64,000 bases of DNA from an uncultured Terracidiphilus sp. (GTDB taxonomy: Bacteria > Acidobacteriota > Terriglobia > Terriglobales > Acidobacteriaceae): NCBI GenBank assembly GCA_964569985.1, contig CAZMWL010000022.1, positions 2,328 to 66,327 on the forward strand. The letters are read 5' to 3'. The notes under the pieces are model-generated. The model made no database searches and was not told the DNA's origin. It saw only the letters and a list, made by a program, of their open reading frames with translations. The position numbers and the translations under genes were made by a program. Shown one piece after another: positions 10,235 through 19,188 of this stretch (position 1 is the first letter of the stretch; each line of letters opens with the position of its first letter).

Positions 10235-12091
10235 TCAACCACCGATCTTCTCGGTGAGCTCGACCCAGCGCTCGTACACGGCATGGTGATCGGCTCTTGC
10301 CTCTTCGAGTTCGGCGAGGGCGGCGGTGAGTGCCTGGGAATTGGTGGCGACTTCGAGAGTTAGGATGCGCTGCTCGGCGGCGCGAAGGCGGGCGTCGGCT
10401 TCATCGATGCGGGCTTCGATGGCGTCGTATTCGCGTTGCTCCATGTAGGAGAGCTTTCTGCGAACCGGTGTCGCGGCAGTCGCAGTCGTTGCGGAATTTC
10501 CGCCAGAGGTAGGTTGCTCCTCTTCCGCCGCGGCGGCGCCCAATGCAGCGCGGACTTGGCTTTCGCGCCAGGTTTCCCACTGCAGGTAGTCGGCGAAGAG
10601 AGCCGCATTGCCGAGTCCGTCGAGACCGAGTACGGCGTTGGTCACGCGATCGAGCAGATAGCGGTCGTGCGTCACGAGAACCAGCGCACCGGGGAATTCG
10701 AGCAGCGCTTCCTCGAGGATCTCAAGGGTGGGAATATCGAGGTCGTTTGTGGGCTCGTCGAGGATGAGAACATCGGCAGGCTGAAGCATCAGGCAGGCGA
10801 TAAGAACGCGGGCGCGTTCGCCGCCGCTCAGTCGCTCCACCGGCTGATTGAGCTGTTCGCTCGTGAAGAGGAAGCGCGCAGCATAGCTGGCGACGTGGAC
10901 GAGCCGGTCCTGATAGATGACCGAGTCAGAATCGGGCGCGAGCGTGCGGCGCAGGGTGAGGGCCGTGTCCAACTCGCGCCTTTGCGAAAAGTAAACAACG
11001 CGGAGCCCGGGAGCCCGGCGGATTTCGCCGGCGCTCACTCGGATTTCGCCCGTGATAGCGCGAATGAGCGTGGTTTTTCCGGAGCCGTTCGAGCCGGCAA
11101 GGCCGAGCTTGAGACCGTTGGTAAGGTTGACGCTGACGCCACGGAGAATTTCGCGATCGCCAAGAGTGACAGCGGCGTTAATCACTTCGATCAACCGCTT
11201 GGTCTGGCGGCCGGTCGCGTCAAAATCGATGGCCGCCGTGGCCGAGCGGCTGCGGGATTCTGAATCCCGCAGCTCGGCGATCAGAGAGTTGGCGTTGTCG
11301 ATGCGGGCTTTGGCCTTGGTGGCGCGGGCCTTGGGGCCGCGGCGGAGCCACTCCATCTCAATCTTCACGCGATTGCGCAGGCTTTCCTGGGCGCGCTGTT
11401 GCCATTCGACGTAGGCGCCACGGTCTTTAAGGAATCTGGAATAGTTGCCTTTCACGCGCAGCAAGCCGGCAGAGTAAATGCGGTCGAGCTCGACAACTTC
11501 GGAGGCGATTTTCTCCAGAAAATAGCGATCGTGCGTCACCACGACGAAGGCGAATTTCGCGGTGCGCAGCAGCTCCTCAAGCCATGCGATGCCTTCCAGG
11601 TCGAGATGATTCGTGGGCTCATCAAGGAGCAGGACGTCGGGCTCGGTGACCAGGGCTTCAGCAATCGCGAGGCGCTTGAGCCAGCCGCCGCTAAGGCTGG
11701 AGGCCTCTCTGCTCATGCCGGGAGCGCCGGGGGTATCGCCTTCCGTAAAGCCGCTGCGGCCCAATGTCTCGCGAAGCCGCTGCTCGCGAGCCTCGGCCGG
11801 TACGGCGCCGCGTTCGAGTGCGGCTTCAACGGCCTGACGAACCGTGATCCCCGGCGCGAAGCCGGAGATCTGATGCACATAGCCGATGCGTACGTTTTTG
11901 CGGAATGAAACTTCGCCGGAGTCAGGCTGCTGTTCGGCGCTGAGGATCGCGAGGAATGTGGATTTGCCTGCGCCGTTGGGGCCGATGAGGCCGATGCGGT
12001 CGCCGTCGTGGACCGCGAAGGAAATGTTGTCGAGCAGAGGATTCGCGCCGAAGCGTTTGGAGATGTTCTGCGCGATCAGGATGGGCGGCAT
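10235..12091 (-). CDS. uup: ABC-F family ATP-binding protein (Uup-like)
   Basis: Two ABC domains (GPNGAGKST, LSGG, LLLDEPTNHLD; GSNGSGKTT, LSGGER, DEPTNDLD) and C-terminal KLSYMEQRE coiled coil. Confidence 0.9.
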   Translation of the reverse strand: MPPILIAQNISKRFGANPLLDNISFAVHDGDRIGLIGPNGAGKSTFLAILSAEQQPDSGEVSFRKNVRIGYVHQISGFAPGITVRQAVEAALERGAVPAEAREQRLRETLGRSGFTEGDTPGAPGMSREASSLSGGWLKRLAIAEALVTEPDVLLLDEPTNHLDLEGIAWLEELLRTAKFAFVVVTHDRYFLEKIASEVVELDRIYSAGLLRVKGNYSRFLKDRGAYVEWQQRAQESLRNRVKIEMEWLRRGPKARATKAKARIDNANSLIAELRDSESRSRSATAAIDFDATGRQTKRLIEVINAAVTLGDREILRGVSVNLTNGLKLGLAGSNGSGKTTLIRAITGEIRVSAGEIRRAPGLRVVYFSQRRELDTALTLRRTLAPDSDSVIYQDRLVHVASYAARFLFTSEQLNQPVERLSGGERARVLIACLMLQPADVLILDEPTNDLDIPTLEILEEALLEFPGALVLVTHDRYLLDRVTNAVLGLDGLGNAALFADYLQWETWRESQVRAALGAAAAEEEQPTSGGNSATTATAATPVRRKLSYMEQREYDAIEARIDEADARLRAAEQRILTLEVATNSQALTAALAELEEARADHHAVYERWVELTEKIGG

Positions 12092-12206
12092 GTTCTTAGT
12101 GTACGGAGCAGGAGCGATTCCCGCCCCACCCATCACTTAAGATCAATAATCTGCTGTATGTTCGCCTCTTCGTGCGCTTTCTGCCGTTATATTTGGGACA
12201 AGGCCT

Positions 12207-12938
12207 ATGAATTCCCCGCGAAAGCTTCTCATTGTTCCATGTGCTTTCCTCCTTGCCTTGGCGCCCTTCGGCATCGGGCAACAGGTCAGCTTCCGTATCA
12301 CGCCGCTTCGTCCCGTTGAGGAACTGCGCGCGGAAGCGCTGAAAGCACAGCCCCCACGCGAGCAGGGAACCTTTCTCAAACCCGATCTTGTGGAGTTGAC
12401 GACGCTCGATCCCACAATCAAGCTCGACGTCCGCTACGCCACCACAAACAATTTCCTCGGGACGCCCGTCTACACCCAGGCGCGCGCCTTTCTTCAGCGG
12501 CCGGCGGCGGAAGCATTGCTGCGCGCTCATCGCGAGCTGAAGGCTTACGGGTACGGTTTGATCATTCACGACGGATATCGCCCTTGGTATGTCACAAAGA
12601 TTTTCTGGGAAGCCACGCCCATCGATAAAAGGATCTTTGTCGCCGATCCGGCGAGGGGCTCCAATCACAATCGCGGATGCGCCGTGGACCTGTCGTTATA
12701 CCTTCTCGCAACTGGAGAAGAAGTAACGATGCCCAGCGGTTACGACGAAATGTCGGAGCGCGCCTACGCAGATTTTCCCGGCGGCACGGCCGAGGAGCGC
12801 GCTCGCCGCGCCCTGCTGCGCCGGGTCATGGAGGAACAGGGATTCACGGTCAACCCGGAAGAATGGTGGCATTTTGACTATAAGGATTGGAAAAAATATC
12901 CCATCCTGAATGTCAGATTCGAGGATATTGGCAGGTAG
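12207..12938 (+). CDS. D-alanyl-D-alanine dipeptidase (M15D, VanX/DdpX-like), exported
   Basis: YATTNNF, DGYRP, SNHNRGCAVD, EWWHF; N-terminal signal peptide. Confidence 0.92.
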   Translation: MNSPRKLLIVPCAFLLALAPFGIGQQVSFRITPLRPVEELRAEALKAQPPREQGTFLKPDLVELTTLDPTIKLDVRYATTNNFLGTPVYTQARAFLQRPAAEALLRAHRELKAYGYGLIIHDGYRPWYVTKIFWEATPIDKRIFVADPARGSNHNRGCAVDLSLYLLATGEEVTMPSGYDEMSERAYADFPGGTAEERARRALLRRVMEEQGFTVNPEEWWHFDYKDWKKYPILNVRFEDIGR

Positions 12939-12953
12939 AGGAAACGCAGCTAC

Positions 12954-13766
12954 TCATTGGGCGGGAGCGTCGCTTAACTTCGGCAAGTTCCAGCGATGGG
13001 TCAACCGCTCATAGGCAGGCATCGGTAGCTGCAGCAGCAGCGGCCTGCGCTTGGGATCAAGCCAGGTGAGCAGCGTCTCCAGATTCGTTTGCGTCATCGC
13101 AGTGCATCCCGCGGTGCCTTGGCTCTGGTCGTGCCAGATGTGGAGAAAGATGCACGAGCCGCCTCCCGGCTCCGGCGCTTCCTGACTGCGCCTTGCAGTC
13201 GTCCCGTTGTGATCCACTACGATTCCCCATCGGTACGACTCGCCGGTGTCCCGCATATGCTCCGAACTGTTCCAGTCGGCAGTCACGGCGGAGCGATCCA
13301 CGATCCGGTTATAGTATTTTGAATGGACGTCGTCTACGCATTCGATGGATTCGGTCAGCGTTAGATACGGGACCTTCAGCCCCGGCAGAGGCCGATCGCT
13401 GTATCCAAACGCGGTGCCAAGATCGAAGATGCCGGCCGGCGACTTTCCGTCCCCCTCCTTTTTCACGGGATCGGTTGAGAGGCGGACATCGGGGTCGTTA
13501 GCCGCAACCAGGCCGATGCCCCACCCCAGGCCATTCCTGCCGACGACAATCGGAATCGGCTCGCCGAATGGGCGCCAGTGTTTTTGCACGCGCTCAAATC
13601 GCTGCAACTGCCCCGCGACCGCGCCCCAGTCCGGTGTGGTAACCACGATCAACTCAGTAGAACCCGCGAAGGGATCCCGATTCGCGGCGCCGGCTTGAGC
13701 TGCGGAAAATCCAACGCTGCCCCAGGGCAGCAACAGTAAACAGAGGATGCAAACAGATCTCATCAT
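12954..13766 (-). CDS. L,D-transpeptidase (YkuD-like) family protein
   Basis: KKEGDGKSPAG, IFLHIW, TAGCTAM catalytic His/Cys; signal peptide. Confidence 0.85.
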   Translation of the reverse strand: MMRSVCILCLLLLPWGSVGFSAAQAGAANRDPFAGSTELIVVTTPDWGAVAGQLQRFERVQKHWRPFGEPIPIVVGRNGLGWGIGLVAANDPDVRLSTDPVKKEGDGKSPAGIFDLGTAFGYSDRPLPGLKVPYLTLTESIECVDDVHSKYYNRIVDRSAVTADWNSSEHMRDTGESYRWGIVVDHNGTTARRSQEAPEPGGGSCIFLHIWHDQSQGTAGCTAMTQTNLETLLTWLDPKRRPLLLQLPMPAYERLTHRWNLPKLSDAPAQ

Positions 13767-13954
13767 AAGCAGTGTAGGCCATGTCGTTGAAGAAAAGGCA
13801 AAATCAAAGACAAGAACGCGGGCTCACGCGTTTCGCGCGGATCGGGCTTCGCCTGTCCCCACGATCCACTCTTTACGCTCACACCTCGAGCCGCCATTCC
13901 TTCCTCTGCCTGGCCCGATCCGTTACGTTTGGTTCGGCGCGCACTCAAAATAAA

Positions 13955-14010
13955 TCAGTCGCAAACCAGCGCCGCATCCGGAAACGCCTGTTCCGCGTCT
14001 TCGCTCTCCG
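13955..14010 (-). pseudogene. Displaced second copy of the dusB 3' end
   Basis: 13972-14010 matches 15758-15796 at 38/39 nt and reads ESEDAEQAFPDAALVCD*. Confidence 0.8.
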
Positions 14011-14058
14011 CGCTGCTGGCCGTGTCTAAATCCTCTTGACAGATGCGCCAATGCAGGC

Positions 14059-15564
14059 TTACTCAGCCACGCCGTCGTTCACTTGCGCGCAGTCCATGCG
14101 CAAGGTTCCGTTGTCGTTGAAGACCAATCCATAGAAACGGAAAAGGCCGCCCACGCCTATCGCGCTCGAATTGAGCATCTGCGTGCTGCTGTCGGCGTAG
14201 ACCAAAACGCTATGTGGACCCGTGAGGAGGGTGGTTTGGCCTTGCTGATCGGCCAGATCCGGGAACAGGTCATACGAAGCAAGCGAGACTGTATACGTTG
14301 TAAATCCTTCCTCGCTGGAGACCTCACTGACAGTGCCGTTGATGGTTTGCGGCTGAAGGGTAACCGAGGTCGCCGGACTATAGGTGGGATTAGCTCCGCC
14401 AAAGTTTGGTGAATTTGTGGTGACGGAAACGTTCTGGCCGGCAACGACATTTGTGGCAGTAAAAACCGCCGAAAAGGGAAGGCTTTGAGTGTTCGTGAGC
14501 TGCCCGGAGACTTGAAACACCGCGTTGCCAAAGCTGAAAGGCCCACCGCCAAGGACATAGGCTGAATTAAACAGGAAACCCTGTTCTTCAAGGGCGCCCG
14601 CAAACAGGTAAGGTTCAGAGGAGTCGACAAACTCCACCGGCCCTTTCCAGACGCTCAGATCGGTTGCGTCCGAGTTGTCCACTTCAACCCGCGTCGCCAG
14701 CAGCGAACTGTCCGGCTGAACGATCACGTCCATATCCATCGGCATGCCTGCGGTTAGCGCGGAAACTCCGCTGATGCCTTGATACACCGTGCTGCTGCTT
14801 GTACTGACATGCCAGCCTGGACCGTCGCCCTGAGTGGTCACGGTGAAGCTGCCTTCCGCAGTGTCGACCGAGGCGACGATACCATCTAAAGCGGTCAGCT
14901 TTCCATTCTCGATATTCGTTGGCTGCGACGAAAAGGCGATGGGCGTCAGATCGAACGTCGGCGTGATGGAAAATGTTCCGGATCCGTTATTGGGATCGCA
15001 GGACGCGAACGTCGCCGACTTCGATACCAGGAGATTGAGCACCAGACCCATGGTGTCGCCCGTGACCGTGATGGGAGCTGGCAGATTCACGGTCACCTGG
15101 GAGGACGGCGTAGCCCCGTAAGCGTATGTGCTGTTGTCAAGTTCGCCGCTTGAGGTGAGAGTTGCGCAGGAGAATTGAGCCTCTCCCATGGTGGCTGTCG
15201 CTGCGGTGTAAATGTCCTGCGGAATGCTTATCGTGAAGAGCGGCTCCGCTGTGCCGTTCACATGGATGAATTCTTCGCTGGCAGGCGTGGTCAGCAGGCT
15301 CACCGTTTTACCCGACTTGCTGGTTAGCGTGAGGCTCGTGAAACCGAAGCTGATTTGCACCAGCTGGTCGTTCGCGGTGCTTGTCGCGAGCACCGTAACG
15401 GCGGTGTTGCCGCTGGGGGTGCTTCCCGTCCCGCCGCTACCGCTTCCACCGCTACCGCCGCACCCCGCGGCGAACAACGCAGCCAGCGAAAGAACAAGCG
15501 GAGGCAACAAATGCGAAAAACGAGAACCAAGGCGATAAGAAAAAGAGCACGATCCGTCGTTCAT
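14059..15564 (-). CDS. Putative lipoprotein, DUF5666-like
   Basis: Lipobox FAAGC, Gly/Ser linker, GIVASVD...FTV...LLATRVEV repeats; Ser/Thr-rich. Confidence 0.7.
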   Translation of the reverse strand: MNDGSCSFSYRLGSRFSHLLPPLVLSLAALFAAGCGGSGGSGSGGTGSTPSGNTAVTVLATSTANDQLVQISFGFTSLTLTSKSGKTVSLLTTPASEEFIHVNGTAEPLFTISIPQDIYTAATATMGEAQFSCATLTSSGELDNSTYAYGATPSSQVTVNLPAPITVTGDTMGLVLNLLVSKSATFASCDPNNGSGTFSITPTFDLTPIAFSSQPTNIENGKLTALDGIVASVDTAEGSFTVTTQGDGPGWHVSTSSSTVYQGISGVSALTAGMPMDMDVIVQPDSSLLATRVEVDNSDATDLSVWKGPVEFVDSSEPYLFAGALEEQGFLFNSAYVLGGGPFSFGNAVFQVSGQLTNTQSLPFSAVFTATNVVAGQNVSVTTNSPNFGGANPTYSPATSVTLQPQTINGTVSEVSSEEGFTTYTVSLASYDLFPDLADQQGQTTLLTGPHSVLVYADSSTQMLNSSAIGVGGLFRFYGLVFNDNGTLRMDCAQVNDGVAE

Positions 15565-15640
15565 ATCAATCCTTTTAACTCGGCTAGATGCGGGAAGTGT
15601 AGCGCGGGGTGTCTGAGACCCAAAGAAATTTAACGAGCTG

Positions 15641-15656
15641 TGTGATATGGCTCACT
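15641..15656. promoter_or_regulatory. CRP/FNR-family-like site
   Basis: TGTGA-TATGGC-TCACT upstream of the lipoprotein gene. Confidence 0.4.
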
Positions 15657-15740
15657 CGACTCGATAGAATCATCGTGAACTGGCGTCGACTCTGACTCTC
15701 TCGCAGATCGCACCTGTTAAGCGGCTGGGAAACCGGATAA

Positions 15741-16988
15741 CTAACCGCAGATCATCTCCGCATCCGGAAACGCCTGTTCCGCGTCCTCGCTCTCCGGCTC
15801 CGCACTTTCGCCCGCTTCCATGCGCGCCACAAAGAACCGCTCGACCTCGCTCAGCACATCCGCGCCGTTGCGCGCGTGGTAAATGGCCGCGCGCAGCTTT
15901 GCGCCGCCCTGCACGCCGTGCGTGAACCACGTGGCGAACTGCTTCATCTTACCCGCCGGATCGCCCAGCCTCGCGTCGCGCGGCTGGTCCTTGGTCGCCT
16001 CGGTCTCAGCCATCAGCATCTCGAAGTACGCGCGGATCATCCGGTAGCGATCTTCCACCGTTGGCCGGTCATAGCCGCCCGTCGCCGTGTACTGCGCAAT
16101 TTGCCGGAAGATCCACGGATTCGCCGGCGCCGCGCGCCCGATCATTACCGCATCGCAGCCTGTCTCGGCCACCATCGCCGCCGCGTCCTCCGGCGTGCGC
16201 ACGTCGCCGTTGCCGATCACCGGCAGCCGCACTGCGTCTTTCACCGCGGCAATCCAGTTCCACTGCGCCTGGCCGCTGTAACCCTGCTCGCGCGTGCGCG
16301 CATGCAGCGCCAGCCCGTTCAGCCCTTCGGCCTCGGCCATGCGCGCCAGCTCCACGCACACAATCTGGCTCTCATTCCAGCCCATGCGGAACTTCACGGT
16401 GAAGGGAATCGTCACCGCCTTGCGAATGGCGTGAAAAATTTCGCCGATTTTCGGTAGATCGCGCAGCAGGCCCGACCCTCCATTGCACCCCACCACGCGT
16501 TTCGCCGGGCAGCCCAGGTTCAAGTCGACGGTGTCGAAGCCCGTCTCCTCCACGATCCGCGCCGCGTCGGCCAGAGTCTCGGGATTCGATCCGAACAATT
16601 GCGCTCCAATGGGATGTTCGTCTTCGTAGAACGTCAGGTAGCGCCGCCGCTTGGTCTCGCGCATCCGGCTCAGCCCATCCGCCGACGTGAACTCCGTCAT
16701 GATGAGCCCGCAGCCCGACTGCGCATTGGTCACCGGCGCATCAACAGACGCGATCTCTGAATCCTGATCTCTGTTCTCTGATCTCTGATCTCTCGAGAAA
16801 ACGCTCGCATGCCGGATAAATCTTCGGAACACCGTGTCCGTGACTCCGGCCATTGGCGCCAGCACCGTCGCCGGCCGCACCGCGACCGCGCCCAGCCGCA
16901 CCTCCGCCGGAACCCGCGCCTCTGCGGGCATGGCATGCTCCACCGGATTGTCCCAGTTCTTCTTGACGGTGAAACCTTTGCCGGACAT
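15741..16988 (-). CDS. dusB: tRNA dihydrouridine synthase B
   Basis: LAPMAGVTD, DLNLGCPA, VKFRMGW, LHARTR, VIGNGDV, VMIGRA. Confidence 0.92.
   Translation of the reverse strand: MSGKGFTVKKNWDNPVEHAMPAEARVPAEVRLGAVAVRPATVLAPMAGVTDTVFRRFIRHASVFSRDQRSENRDQDSEIASVDAPVTNAQSGCGLIMTEFTSADGLSRMRETKRRRYLTFYEDEHPIGAQLFGSNPETLADAARIVEETGFDTVDLNLGCPAKRVVGCNGGSGLLRDLPKIGEIFHAIRKAVTIPFTVKFRMGWNESQIVCVELARMAEAEGLNGLALHARTREQGYSGQAQWNWIAAVKDAVRLPVIGNGDVRTPEDAAAMVAETGCDAVMIGRAAPANPWIFRQIAQYTATGGYDRPTVEDRYRMIRAYFEMLMAETEATKDQPRDARLGDPAGKMKQFATWFTHGVQGGAKLRAAIYHARNGADVLSEVERFFVARMEAGESAEPESEDAEQAFPDAEMICG
16753..16794. repeat. Six degenerate heptamers (ATCTCTG) in frame inside dusB
   Basis: ATCTCTG AATCCTG ATCTCTG TTCTCTG ATCTCTG ATCTCTC, 42 nt. 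Confidence 0.85.
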
Positions 16989-17085
16989 GGTTCAGCTCCT
17001 GATCAATGTAGCAACAAACATTGTGGCCCAAACAAACGTGAGCCTCCGCCGCAGCGGAGGCCCACTCGTCCAACTCGCGCTCCGG

Positions 17086-17316
17086 CTACTTGGCCGCCGC
17101 GATCGCCTTGTCGCTCTTTGCGTACTTCCGCCGGAACCGCTCCACGCGTCCCGCCGTATCCACCAACCGCTGTTTGCCCGTAAAGAACGGGTGGCAAGCC
17201 GAGCAAATTTCCACGTGAATGTCGCCCTTGTGGGTCGACCGTGTCTCAAAGTTGTTTCCGCAGGCGCACATCACGCGCACCGCGGCGTAATTGGGATGAA
17301 TCTTTTCCTTCGGCAT
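17086..17316 (-). CDS. rpmE: 50S ribosomal protein L31 (Zn-binding type)
   Basis: [34 protein letters not shown]. Confidence 0.98.
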   Translation of the reverse strand: MPKEKIHPNYAAVRVMCACGNNFETRSTHKGDIHVEICSACHPFFTGKQRLVDTAGRVERFRRKYAKSDKAIAAAK

Positions 17317-17408
17317 CGACAGACAGACCTTTCCTCTAATTCTTCGCTATTAATATTGTAGGGGGATTCGCCGGCTTGCGCAATCGCCGGGAAGGGAAGC
17401 CGAAAAAG

Positions 17409-17521
17409 CAGCTAATAGCTCCTAGCTGCCAGCTCCTTGCCGTTCCTGCCGTGCGAACTGCTTGATACACAACAAGATCCAACCCAGTATGGAGGAGCTA
17501 GCAGCTAGAGGCTAGAAGCTG
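17409..17521. repeat. Inverted heptamer arrays (TAGCT../..AGCTA)
   Basis: CAGCTAA TAGCTCC TAGCTGC CAGCTCC ... GGAGCTA GCAGCTA GAGGCTA GAAGCTG. Confidence 0.7.
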
Positions 17522-19080
17522 GGGCTGCGTTTCTTCCCGGCCAGCTCCGCCCGCGCCGCCAGCCCGATCGCCATGGCCATCACGCGGTCGTCGTGCGTTC
17601 CCGCCTGCGCCCCCGAGCTCCCATTCGGTTGCCGCACAAAGCTGCGGCACTCGCCCAGCAGCCGCCGGCTCTGGAAACACTCCGGCTCTTCCACCAGCGC
17701 CGCATCCAGCCGCGAGATCGCCCCTGGCCGGCTCACGCTGGTCGTCAGCCAACCTGCCTGCCCGCCCTGCCGGTAAATCCGTTCGTACTTGCACGCTGTC
17801 TCCGCCAGCGCCAGCACGCCGCTGCCGTGGTTGTTTCGCTCCACCACCAGCCACGCCCCGTTGTACTCGGCGGCCAGCCCGGTCACAAACCGCGCCAGCT
17901 CCAGTCCGCCCACGTGCCCGGCAAACTCCGCGCACTGCAAGCCCGTCTCCATCTCCAGCACCTGCGCAGCGGAGTAGTCGCCGTTGCTCCCGCCTCCCGC
18001 CGGATCCACCGCCACCACATATTCTTTTTCTCTCACCGGCGGCAGCCATATCTCGAGCTCTCCGTTCCTCCGCCGCTCCACCGGTTCCGGCGCCGTCTTC
18101 AGCCGCGCTTCAACCGCTGCCAGCTCAAATACGCTCTCGCCGCTCGCCAAAAAGCAGCTCTCTTCGTCTTCTGCATACTCCTGCGCCGTCAGCCCGCGAA
18201 AATCCGCCCGGATCCGCCGCCGGTACGCAATCTGCGAGAGATTCAGCCCGGCCCGCTTCATCAGCACGCGCTCTTCGTCCGTCAGGCTCGCCTCATCCGC
18301 TGCTTCCGACTGGTAGCGCTGCTCCATCCACCATGGGAAAAAGTGTCGCACCGCCCCCGTTTCATCGGCCTTGCGCCATTCCTCGTAGAAGCACCCGCCC
18401 ACGCCCTGCGGCGTCGACTCCAGAATCAGCTCTCCACCCGGCGCCATGGCCGCGCGCAAACCCGCCAGAATATCCGCCGCATCGCCAGGCCACCGCGCCA
18501 ACTCGCTGCAATGCAGGTTCTGCACCGTCAATCCCCGCCCCGCGTTCCGGTCCGCCGCGCTCACCACGCGGTATTCCGCGTCGATTTTCGGAAACACAAT
18601 CTGCCGCACGTTCGCCCGTCCCGTTTTAAGCGGACCCTCGCGCAGACCATCCGGCAGCCAATCCAGAAACCGGTGCACGATGCGGAAAATCTCCTCCGCC
18701 GCCTCCTGCGTGTGCGCCACTTCCAGCGTCAACGTACCTGGCTGCGTAATTGTCTTCAGAAAGAACCGCGCCGCCACCCACGTCGTCAACCCCATCTGCC
18801 GCGCCTTTAGCACAATGTTCCGTTGTCCGCGCTTGTTCTCGAAGGCCTCTTGCACCTTATTCGCTCTCAACTTGCCCGGTCGCCCCTCGCGCGTCCTCAC
18901 CACCAGCAATCGTTCCGCCAGCGCCAGGATCACGGTAAGCCCTTGCATGCCCGCGGGGCGATGGTCCAGAACCTTCCCCAGGAACTCCAGGTCGCTCCGA
19001 TCCGTCTCCTCGTTCCGCAATGCTTCCAGGCGCAGTCCCCACGCATCAATCTTCGGCTCGCAATCTCCTCTCGCTTCCAC
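17512..19080 (-). CDS. Phage terminase large subunit-like protein
   Basis: Walker A LKARQMGLTT, Walker B variant NLHCSE, motif III ESTPQG, RNase H-like nuclease VAVDPAGG...ERNNHG...HDDRVMA. Confidence 0.88.
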   Translation of the reverse strand: MEARGDCEPKIDAWGLRLEALRNEETDRSDLEFLGKVLDHRPAGMQGLTVILALAERLLVVRTREGRPGKLRANKVQEAFENKRGQRNIVLKARQMGLTTWVAARFFLKTITQPGTLTLEVAHTQEAAEEIFRIVHRFLDWLPDGLREGPLKTGRANVRQIVFPKIDAEYRVVSAADRNAGRGLTVQNLHCSELARWPGDAADILAGLRAAMAPGGELILESTPQGVGGCFYEEWRKADETGAVRHFFPWWMEQRYQSEAADEASLTDEERVLMKRAGLNLSQIAYRRRIRADFRGLTAQEYAEDEESCFLASGESVFELAAVEARLKTAPEPVERRRNGELEIWLPPVREKEYVVAVDPAGGGSNGDYSAAQVLEMETGLQCAEFAGHVGGLELARFVTGLAAEYNGAWLVVERNNHGSGVLALAETACKYERIYRQGGQAGWLTTSVSRPGAISRLDAALVEEPECFQSRRLLGECRSFVRQPNGSSGAQAGTHDDRVMAMAIGLAARAELAGKKRSPSF

Positions 19081-19133
19081 GAAACCCCCGCACTCACTCC
19101 GCCAACCGCGCTAGCCCCGCTAACTCCGCACGC

Positions 19134-19172
19134 TGCCCCATCCTTTTCGCGCTTTTTGCGGAAAGGATGGGA
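19134..19172 (+). repeat. REP-like palindrome, copy 1
   Basis: TGCCCCATCCTTTTCGC-GCTTTTT-GCGGAAAGGATGGGA. Confidence 0.85.
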
Positions 19173-19188
19173 CGCGACAATCAGGTCC

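Noticed and set aside
12207..12938. Vancomycin resistance gene
   Set aside because: Lone exported M15D peptidase without the van operon partners.
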